Virus record (IMG/VR): IMGVR_UViG_3300031454_000230
Coordinates: 1 to 51,013 of that record
Strand: one strand, 5' to 3'
From: a virus
Lineage: Duplodnaviria > Caudoviricetes
Length of the DNA: 51,013 nucleotides
Shown here piece after piece: positions 44,190-51,013 of the stretch. Each line of letters opens with the position of its first letter. Position 1 is the stretch's first letter. The notes beneath the pieces were generated by a model. It saw only the letters and a list, made by a program, of their open reading frames with translations, was not told the origin of the DNA and did not search any database. The translations under genes were made by a program, and so were the position numbers.

Positions 44190-46376
44190 ATGGGCGTCAT
44201 TGGCCTCCCGGTCGCCTTGCCGCTGCTCTATGGGCAGAAAGGACCAGTCGCACCGGCCGTACTCATCCCTTCCGCCCTGACGATCTCCGGCACGCCCGGG
44301 GCTGCCACGGCAGGTGCAGCTTACAGCTTTATCCCGTCGACCTCGGGCGGCTCCGGCACGAAAACCTTCACCATTGCTGGCTCACTCCCGGCTGGGATGT
44401 CATTCTCGCCTGCCACAGGTGCTGTCTCCGGCACCCCGACTATTGTTGGCACTACAACCGGACTGAACATCACGGTTACAGACGCAACCGCATCTGCATC
44501 GCTGGGCGTATTCTCGCTTACTGTAGGCGCAAGCGCGCAGGTTCCAGCCGCCCCGGCGCTCGCCCTGACATCTGGCAACGGCCAACTTACAATCGCATGG
44601 ACGGATGGCAGCAACGGCGGGGCGGCAATCACGTCTCACAAGCTCTATCGCGGCGCGACTTCCGGGGCCGAGACACTTCTCGGCAATGTTGCAACCGCAT
44701 CGCCTTACGTTGATACCGGCCTGACGAACGGGGTGGCCTACTTCTACAAATTGTCGGCTGTAAACTCAATCGGGGAAAGCGCACTTAGTATCGAGCAGTC
44801 CCGTACGCCGTTCGCGCCCTTGGTTTTATCTGGCACGCCGGGATCGGCTGCGCAGAACTCGCCCTATACGTTTACTCCGACCGTTGCCGGTGGTTACGGA
44901 GCCAAGAGCTATACTCTGGCAGGAAGTCTGCCAACTGGCCTATCCTTTTCCACCACAACGGGCGCGATCAGCGGAACTCCGACGGTTGCCGGGACAACTG
45001 CGGGCCTGAACATTACCGTTACGGACGCGAGCGGGTCGGCATCGCTGGGAGCTTTCTCTCTCGTCGTGAGCGCAGCACCTCCAGCCTCGCCTGCCCTAAC
45101 ATGGGTGTCGGACAGCTCCGCCCTCAATCCGACGATGAACGTCGTCCTCGCGCCTAATCCGGCGGTCGGCGACGTAGTGGCGGTGCAGGTTTCTACCGCT
45201 TCCGATTTCTCGACGATTTTCGGGACTGGGACGGCCACGCTCACGAGCACGAATGTCACGAACGGAACGTGCAGCCCGACCGGTTTCCCGACGCTCTCCT
45301 ACGGCAATACCTATTACGCTCGCGCCAAGCTCACGCGCGGCGGGGTTGCCAGCGCATGGTCGGCCTCGGTCTCAAAGGTCATGGATGCGGTCGATAGTGC
45401 TCCCGGTCCGTTCGGTTTCACCGACGTCACCGGCGCGACGCTCTCCACCCTCTACACGTCCAATACGATCACGCCGACGGCGTTCAATAGCCCCACCACG
45501 GCTTCCGTCACAGGCGGCACGATCTCGATCAACGGCAGCGCTTTCGGCGCGGGCGAAACGTTCTTCAACCCAGGGGACACGATTGCGGCGCGGGCCACTT
45601 CTTCCGGTGCCAACTCCACCCCCGTCAACGTCGTCGTCACCATCGGCGGGGTGAGCGATACCTACACGGTCACGACGGCGGCTGCGGCTGGAGGTGGTGC
45701 TCTTGCCTACACCCAAACGGCCAGCCCTGCCCTGCGACCCCTCGGGAATTCGGGCGGCCTCGCCATCACGTTCGCCGCTCAGAATATCGGCGCTGCTTCG
45801 GCCGACCGAATTGTCAACGTCGAGCTCATCGGTTTCGCCAACGCCAGCACGGTCGTCACCGGAATCACGGTCGGGGGGATCTCGCTCGCGAAGAAGGTCG
45901 GAATTGATCCCTCCGCCAATGCAGGAGCCATTTGTGAGGAGTGGGCGCGCCTGCTTACCGCGACAGATATTCCCGGCTCATCAGCAGACATCGTCATCAC
46001 TGCGACCGACACGGCAGGCTCTAATCCCTGGCAGCAGATCGGGATCAGTGTCGGCACGATCAAAGGGTCTGCCACAGCCTCGGTGTCCGGAACCGCGACC
46101 AAGAACCGATCCTACACGTCCGGCACGGCCACCGCGTCTGCGGCTCTCGTCGTCCCGACCGGGGGGCTTATCAAAGCAGCGGCCTTTGAGCAGGGCACGA
46201 CTGCGACCGGCATTACCGGATGGGGCACCGGCATGACGGCCGATTATACGCCGGCTCTGTCGGGGACTTTCATCGGATCGTTCGGACACTCGACCGGTAC
46301 AGGCTCGATCACTCCGGCCGTGACTTTCAACCAGGATGGCAATAACGGCCTCGCCGCCGCAGTATGGAGCCCATGA
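44190..46376 (+). CDS. Large Ig-like (He_PIG x2) plus fibronectin-III adhesin-like protein
   Basis: Two GSLP.G.SF...TGA.SGTPT..G....ITVTD repeats flanking an FN3 unit (WTDGSNGGAAITSHKLYRG..GLTNGVAYFYKLSAVN). Confidence 0.88.
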   Translation: MGVIGLPVALPLLYGQKGPVAPAVLIPSALTISGTPGAATAGAAYSFIPSTSGGSGTKTFTIAGSLPAGMSFSPATGAVSGTPTIVGTTTGLNITVTDATASASLGVFSLTVGASAQVPAAPALALTSGNGQLTIAWTDGSNGGAAITSHKLYRGATSGAETLLGNVATASPYVDTGLTNGVAYFYKLSAVNSIGESALSIEQSRTPFAPLVLSGTPGSAAQNSPYTFTPTVAGGYGAKSYTLAGSLPTGLSFSTTTGAISGTPTVAGTTAGLNITVTDASGSASLGAFSLVVSAAPPASPALTWVSDSSALNPTMNVVLAPNPAVGDVVAVQVSTASDFSTIFGTGTATLTSTNVTNGTCSPTGFPTLSYGNTYYARAKLTRGGVASAWSASVSKVMDAVDSAPGPFGFTDVTGATLSTLYTSNTITPTAFNSPTTASVTGGTISINGSAFGAGETFFNPGDTIAARATSSGANSTPVNVVVTIGGVSDTYTVTTAAAAGGGALAYTQTASPALRPLGNSGGLAITFAAQNIGAASADRIVNVELIGFANASTVVTGITVGGISLAKKVGIDPSANAGAICEEWARLLTATDIPGSSADIVITATDTAGSNPWQQIGISVGTIKGSATASVSGTATKNRSYTSGTATASAALVVPTGGLIKAAAFEQGTTATGITGWGTGMTADYTPALSGTFIGSFGHSTGTGSITPAVTFNQDGNNGLAAAVWSP

Positions 46377-47680
46377 CGATGAGCCTAAATCTCACCCTAT
46401 CGTCGCCGGCAATCGTCACGAGCTACCCATATCAGTTTCCCTATACCAACCCGCACACCTTGATTGTGCCTTCGTCCGTCACCCTTCCGACTACAGCCGG
46501 CGCGAGATACATCGATCCCGAATTTGGGATGCCTGTGATGCTTGCGGCTAATCCCAGTGAGGGCACGCTCGATCAGATGCACGGGTTTGTTTATGGCAAC
46601 GTGAGACCCTTCAACGCGGACAATACTCTGATCCTTATTAACAATGCCGCAGAGCCGCACGGCGTCGCGTTCCGAGCCTTTAATCCGAGCGGTCCGGGTA
46701 CTCTCGGGACGAAATACAGCCTTCCTGCTGTGACGTCCGCGAACAGCATGAATGGTCCGCAGATGCTCTGGCATCCGACCAACCCCTTGATCGCTTTCTG
46801 TGCCGCACCTTACGGGATCGGGCCTAAGGTTCGTAAGATGGATTTTACCGACCCGTCAAACATCGTGATCTCCGACTACGCCGATTTCACCGGCGTCGGT
46901 AGTTTCACAAGCGGCATGTACATTCAGCAGATGTTCCTCGCCGCAGATGGCAACACGATCTCTGGAACTGTCCAGCTGACGTCAGATAATACCTCACCAG
47001 CTTATTTCGTAGCCACGATGTCGCCCAAGGCCGTGCTCTGTTACCACAATGACCAGTACCAGATCAACGAAGGGATCATCAGCCGCGACGGAACTCATGT
47101 CTATGTCCATCGTCTCGCCGCCACAGGGGCAGCAAATCAGGCGTTCAGCCATAACGTGGCCGCTCACAGCCAGATTGAGCTGGGGAATAACTCAGGGTTT
47201 GAGCTCGCCCACTACGACACGTTCGGCACAAAAGGCATAGTTGGCTGGGACGGCTATTTTGGGCAGCTCAAGAAGCTGAACATGAATGACCCGACGAACC
47301 CGACAGTCATCGTGGATTACCGATATGGTCTAGGTTCCGCATTCCAGGGTGTTGGCGGACACATTGAATTGTCAACTGTTCACGCCTCCATGTCGACCTC
47401 CGACGAAACGAAAGTCATGCTCGAATACTATCAGACGAATGAGAAAACCAGCGTGCCAATGTCCAATGAAATTACGGCATGGGCAATGGATGGCAGCCAA
47501 GGAGTAGAGCGGTACTTGAACCACCGCTTCAACGTTGCATCGGGTGACTACAGCGACCTCGCTTACTACGCACAGCCTCATGCGTCGTTTAGCCGAGACC
47601 GACGTTGGCTCGCGTTCGGCGGAAACCTTGGCGTCCTTGGTGGCAAGAACCTGCCGTGGATTGCGGGGCCGTTCTTTTAA
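46373..47680 (+). CDS. Beta-rich (propeller-like) protein
   Basis: YIDPEFG, PFNADNT, WHPTNP, QPHASFSRDRRWLAF resemble TolB/oligogalacturonate-lyase-like propeller blades; lower GC. Confidence 0.65.
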   Translation: MTMSLNLTLSSPAIVTSYPYQFPYTNPHTLIVPSSVTLPTTAGARYIDPEFGMPVMLAANPSEGTLDQMHGFVYGNVRPFNADNTLILINNAAEPHGVAFRAFNPSGPGTLGTKYSLPAVTSANSMNGPQMLWHPTNPLIAFCAAPYGIGPKVRKMDFTDPSNIVISDYADFTGVGSFTSGMYIQQMFLAADGNTISGTVQLTSDNTSPAYFVATMSPKAVLCYHNDQYQINEGIISRDGTHVYVHRLAATGAANQAFSHNVAAHSQIELGNNSGFELAHYDTFGTKGIVGWDGYFGQLKKLNMNDPTNPTVIVDYRYGLGSAFQGVGGHIELSTVHASMSTSDETKVMLEYYQTNEKTSVPMSNEITAWAMDGSQGVERYLNHRFNVASGDYSDLAYYAQPHASFSRDRRWLAFGGNLGVLGGKNLPWIAGPFF

Positions 47681-47764
47681 ATGGATTGGCTCCTCATCTG
47701 GTTCGCTGCCAGCCCGTTCGCGCTCGCCTTTGTACTCGGCTGTTTCGCTATTCAGCGGGACTGA
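47681..47764 (+). CDS. 27-aa hydrophobic peptide
   Basis: MDWLLIWFAASPFALAFVLGCFAIQRD, starting immediately after the upstream stop. Confidence 0.4.
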   Translation: MDWLLIWFAASPFALAFVLGCFAIQRD

Positions 47765-48003
47765 CTGCGCCGTCCAGGTCCTTCGGGACAGTGGGCGGAG
47801 AGGGCCGCGGTTAAGTTCTTAAGGGCGACCTGCCTCTCTGCTACAAGCCTCATAAGGTCAGCGTAGACACCGGGCCGCGGAACATCGTCACCTGCGACCC
47901 ATCGCCGAACCGTGCGGTCCGATACGTCGAGCGCGCGGGCTATCTCAGACTGCCAACGATCTCCGTAGAGAGCTCGGCCGGTTTCGGCGAGGATCTGGCT
48001 CAC
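47752..48003 (-). CDS. Small HTH regulator (Aca-like position)
   Basis: GRALYGDRWQSEIARALDVSDRTVRRWVAG; GTGA-coupled last gene of the operon. Confidence 0.85.
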   Translation of the reverse strand: MSQILAETGRALYGDRWQSEIARALDVSDRTVRRWVAGDDVPRPGVYADLMRLVAERQVALKNLTAALSAHCPEGPGRRSQSR

Positions 48004-48377
48004 AGGTCGTGATCTCGCATCCATCCGATGCATCGCCGGCCTGTCCAATGCGCTGCGTCGTCGACCACCACCAGGCGGCCCTCGCGCCTCGAATTGACCA
48101 CGGACCCACGTGGCAACGCCGCCACCGCGCTCCACATCAAACGATCCGGATGGACCGCGATCATTATGTGATTGAGATGGAGAGCGACCTGTGCAGGCAA
48201 CATGGAGCTCGGGATACCCTCTACCGTAAATCGTGTTGGGTTACTGCTATCAGGTGAGACCTCGACATAATGACTCGATCCGTAGGGCCCGCACCCCAAT
48301 TGGAGCGTGTATTCGGTTGGGGATGCAAACCAGCCGTCGCCAGCAGTTTGAATATCGGCATAAGTGATGGTGGTCAT
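48000..48377 (-). CDS. Hypothetical protein
   Basis: GAGGAGG SD; 125 aa; lower GC. Confidence 0.8.
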   Translation of the reverse strand: MTTITYADIQTAGDGWFASPTEYTLQLGCGPYGSSHYVEVSPDSSNPTRFTVEGIPSSMLPAQVALHLNHIMIAVHPDRLMWSAVAALPRGSVVNSRREGRLVVVDDAAHWTGRRCIGWMRDHDL

Positions 48378-48389
48378 GGCAGGTCCTCC

Positions 48390-48725
48390 TCAGCGCTTGG
48401 ACAGAGAGACGAGGAGCTTGTTGAGGCCGCCGGCCAGTCCGTGTGTCGTCAGGTTGTCGCAGCCCTCATAAGCCTCGATCAAGTCTTTGGCGCTCGCCTT
48501 GGCGAGGACAGGTGCAGCGCGAGCGGTTAGGGCGTCGTTAACCTGGTCTAGCGAGCGGCCCTGAAGGATGTACAACTCGATAGCACCGGCCAACATCTTG
48601 CGGCGAGCATCGTCCGCATAAGCAACCTGACGATCGGAGCCCACAAGAGCCGGAGCGTCCGTGACAGACAAGAGAATTTGATGGCGGGTGGGCTTGGCTG
48701 CCGTGGAGGTGGCGGTGATGATCAT
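48390..48725 (-). CDS. Hypothetical protein
   Basis: AGGAG SD; LVGSDRQVAYADDAR motif. Confidence 0.8.
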   Translation of the reverse strand: MIITATSTAAKPTRHQILLSVTDAPALVGSDRQVAYADDARRKMLAGAIELYILQGRSLDQVNDALTARAAPVLAKASAKDLIEAYEGCDNLTTHGLAGGLNKLLVSLSKR

Positions 48726-48775
48726 GGCGGGTCTCCTACCCTGTCCCGGCGGGGCCGATCCCCATCCGATGAGAG

Positions 48776-48805
48776 AGTATATGTCCGGAAATTAGGACAT
48801 GTCAA
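48776..48805 (-). promoter_or_regulatory. Near-consensus sigma70 promoter with palindromic operator
   Basis: TTGACA-18 bp-TATACT on the minus strand; ATGTCC-N8-GGACAT (48781-48800) fills the spacer. Confidence 0.85.
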
Positions 48806-48971
48806 GCGCCGCCTTAGGCGATTTATTTTTGAGGCCGCTCACAGCGTGGCTGCCGCCGCGATTTCGCAGCTGACCCGCACGCCCGGCGGGGGCTGACCCG
48901 GCGCACCAATCCGCACCTCCGCTTCCGAGCGTCTGACGTGCGCGCCGACCTAGACATTCCGGAGATCCACG

Positions 48972-49826
48972 ATGCTGACCTTCACCGGCCGGGCGCAGAA
49001 GCTCGTCGACACGGACCTGCCGCGCATCGGCGCGAAGATCGGCGTCGGCGAGGATGAGTTGCACGCCTTCCTGGAGGTCGAGACGATCGGGGGCGGGTTC
49101 GACGGCCACGGCCGGCCGAAGATGCTCTTCGAGCCGCACATCTTCTATCGCCACCTCTCCGGTGCGAAGCTGGACCGGGCCATCGCGGCCAGCCTCGCCT
49201 ATCCGAATTGGAAGCCGGGCAACTATCCGAAGGACAGCTACCCGCGCCTACAGGCCGCGATCGCCATCGACGAGGCGGCGGCGCTCAAATCCGCGTCGTG
49301 GGGCATCGGCCAGGTCTTGGGCGAGAACCACGTCGCGGCTGGGTACAACGTGGTCCAGGCGATGGTCGCGGGCTTCGTCGAGCTCGGCGAGGCGGAGCAG
49401 CTGGAGGCGGCCGTCCGGTTCATCTCCTACAACCATCTCGACGACGAGCTGCGGTCTCATAATTGGGCCGGGTTCGCGAGGGGCTACAACGGCGCGCAAT
49501 ACGCGAAGCACGGCTACCACCTGAAGCTCGCCGCTGCCTTTGCGAAGTGGCGGCGGATCCGGGACACGCCGTGGCCGGGGCCGGCGCTCGCGACCACGCT
49601 CGGCGAAGCTCTCCGCTCACCCGGCGTGACACCTGACCAGCCCGCACCGGTTGCGCCCCGACCTCCGCAACCAAACCCGACCCCAGCCCCGATCCGTCAA
49701 CCGGAGCCGGTCGCTGTCCCGCCGAATCCCGCGCCGCCGGCTCACAGCTCCGTCGGTGTGATCGAGCCGGAGCCCAAGGTCAGCCGATGGGCGGGTGTCG
49801 CTCGGATACTCGGGCTCACCCGGTAG
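48972..49826 (+). CDS. Endolysin, N-acetylmuramidase (DUF3380-type)
   Basis: EVET..GF..GRPKMLFEPHIF, SASWGIGQVLGEN, WAGFARGYNG; Pro-rich C-terminus. Confidence 0.93.
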   Translation: MLTFTGRAQKLVDTDLPRIGAKIGVGEDELHAFLEVETIGGGFDGHGRPKMLFEPHIFYRHLSGAKLDRAIAASLAYPNWKPGNYPKDSYPRLQAAIAIDEAAALKSASWGIGQVLGENHVAAGYNVVQAMVAGFVELGEAEQLEAAVRFISYNHLDDELRSHNWAGFARGYNGAQYAKHGYHLKLAAAFAKWRRIRDTPWPGPALATTLGEALRSPGVTPDQPAPVAPRPPQPNPTPAPIRQPEPVAVPPNPAPPAHSSVGVIEPEPKVSRWAGVARILGLTR

Positions 49827-49882
49827 GCGGCCTCACAACCTCGCGCCTCTCCTCCCGCGCCTTCCCCTCGAAAGGACGACCC

Positions 49883-50092
49883 ATGGCCCTGCGCTCTCTC
49901 GTGCGCCGCTTCGGCGCGCTGTCCGTCGTCGGCCTGACGGCCTTGGTCACGATCGTCCAGTCCACCGACCTCGCTCAGATCGTTCCGCCGAACTACGTGG
50001 CTCCGATCCTCTCGCTCGCCACCATCCTCGCAGCCGTGCTGCCCTCGATGCGGCACGCCTTCGAGGACAAGCCGGAAGGGAGCGGCAAGTGA
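49883..50092 (+). CDS. Putative holin
   Basis: 69 aa, two TM segments, charged C-terminus, after the endolysin. Confidence 0.7.
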   Translation: MALRSLVRRFGALSVVGLTALVTIVQSTDLAQIVPPNYVAPILSLATILAAVLPSMRHAFEDKPEGSGK

Positions 50093-50424
50093 TCCGCGAC
50101 CTCCTCCTCTACGTCGGCCTGCCCTTCGGCGGGCTCGCGGCCGTCGCGGCGGCTTTCATCTTCCTGACGCCGTGGGGCCCGGCTGCGCTGACGCTGTTCG
50201 CGAACTCCCGGCTCGCCCGAATCGCGGCGGGGGTCGGCGCGGCCGCGCTCGCCGTCGGGCTCGCCTGCCTTCGCGCGTTCCGGGCCGGCAAGGCGACCGG
50301 CCTGGCCGGCGTCGAGGATGCGAACCGTCGGGCCGTGCTGGATCGTCGGGCCGAAGATGCCAAAGCCGCGGTCGAGCCGGACGACCAGCTGCGGCGCACG
50401 CTCAACGAATGGGGGCCGCGATGA
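50089..50424 (+). CDS. Putative inner-membrane spanin
   Basis: TM segments then RAGKATG..helical tail; precedes a lipoprotein. Confidence 0.6.
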   Translation: MIRDLLLYVGLPFGGLAAVAAAFIFLTPWGPAALTLFANSRLARIAAGVGAAALAVGLACLRAFRAGKATGLAGVEDANRRAVLDRRAEDAKAAVEPDDQLRRTLNEWGPR

Positions 50425-50651
50425 GGCTCGTGTCGATCATGATCCTCTCGGGGATGCTTGCTGCCTGCCAGACCACGGGCGGGCGCGGCGGCGCGTTCTG
50501 CGATGTCGAGCGTCCGACCCGGCTCCGGGCGGAGGTGGTCGCCCGCATGAACCACGGCGAGCTCGCGGCTGCCGTGGCGCGGAACAGGTTCGGCGCAAAA
50601 CAGTGCGGCTGGCGGCCATTGGAGGCCGGCGCGGGACGCCCGCGATGGTAG
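50421..50651 (+). CDS. Putative outer-membrane spanin lipoprotein
   Basis: Lipobox LAAC; FCDVERP..N..GAKQCGW. Confidence 0.75.
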   Translation: MRLVSIMILSGMLAACQTTGGRGGAFCDVERPTRLRAEVVARMNHGELAAAVARNRFGAKQCGWRPLEAGAGRPRW

Positions 50652-51013
50652 ACCTGCTGGAGATGCTGGGCGTCAAGCCGTCCGTCATTCAAGGCGCGGC
50701 GGCAGGCGGCGTGATCGCCTTCGTGCTCGGCACCGGCACCCGCGTCCAAAAAGCGGCTCGGGCCGGGGCGGGCATGCTCTTCGCCTCGATCGGGACGCAG
50801 GGGCTCGTCGAAATGGCGAGCCGCTGGATCCCTGACACGCCTGCCGTCCTCGGGCTGACGGGCCTGATCCTCGGCATCACCGGCATCTACATTGCGGAGC
50901 TGCTGACGCGGATCGCCGGGCGAGCTCGTGATCGGTCGGACGCGATTGCCGATGCCGGGCTCGATCGCGTCGCGCCACGCTCGTCGAGAGAGGAGCCGCC
51001 CCATGCGCCGTGA
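50645..51013 (+). CDS. Holin-like membrane protein
   Basis: Three hydrophobic segments; GGAGG SD; within the lysis cluster. Confidence 0.6.
   Translation: MVDLLEMLGVKPSVIQGAAAGGVIAFVLGTGTRVQKAARAGAGMLFASIGTQGLVEMASRWIPDTPAVLGLTGLILGITGIYIAELLTRIAGRARDRSDAIADAGLDRVAPRSSREEPPHAP

Larger units (their letters stand above)
1..51013. mobile_element. Temperate prophage with lambda-like head and Mu-like contractile tail
   Basis: Complete module order int-early-immunity-replication-head-tail-lysis; att sites not visible in the window. Confidence 0.97.

Noticed and set aside
40851-47680. Diversity-generating retroelement or invertible tail-fibre cassette
   Set aside because: No reverse transcriptase, no TR/VR pair and no inverted fibre segments or adjacent invertase seen; the He_PIG repeats are diverged domain duplications
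1-51013. Many long alternative-frame and antisense ORFs (e.g. 3032-4336 +, 29453-31255 -, 39786-41495 -, 26978-28288 -)
   Set aside because: Shadow ORFs expected in high-GC DNA; mostly Arg/Pro/Ala-rich, without motifs, and they overlap well-supported genes

Overview
The whole 51 kb window is one GC-rich temperate prophage. GcrA-like and DUF3380-type genes point to an alphaproteobacterial host (inference). It reads from the integrase stop codon at position 1 to the lysis genes at the right edge, and no att site is visible. Left to right: integrase/excisionase; a leftward early recombination operon (DUF5131, ExoX-like exonuclease, Sak4-like ATPase, RecE-like nuclease); an immunity region with a HEPN-motif protein, three exported Cys-containing proteins, cI/cro and GTCACC-N5-GGTGAC operators; a rightward early region (ClpX zinc-finger protein, CII-like regulator, RusA, GcrA, adenine methylase, DnaB, initiator with iterons fused to a late-regulator-like domain); a second Cre-like recombinase with a lox/dif-like site; a lambda-like head; a Mu-like contractile tail; accessory fibre/Ig/beta-rich genes; a reverse-strand three-gene operon with acr-aca-like architecture; and the lysis cassette. 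The best candidates for new biology are the aca-like operon, the HEPN plus secreted-protein cassette, a repeat-bounded cassette array after cro, and a signal-peptide-bearing fibre protein with a possible docking motif on the baseplate. All family assignments come from motif recognition, not database searches.
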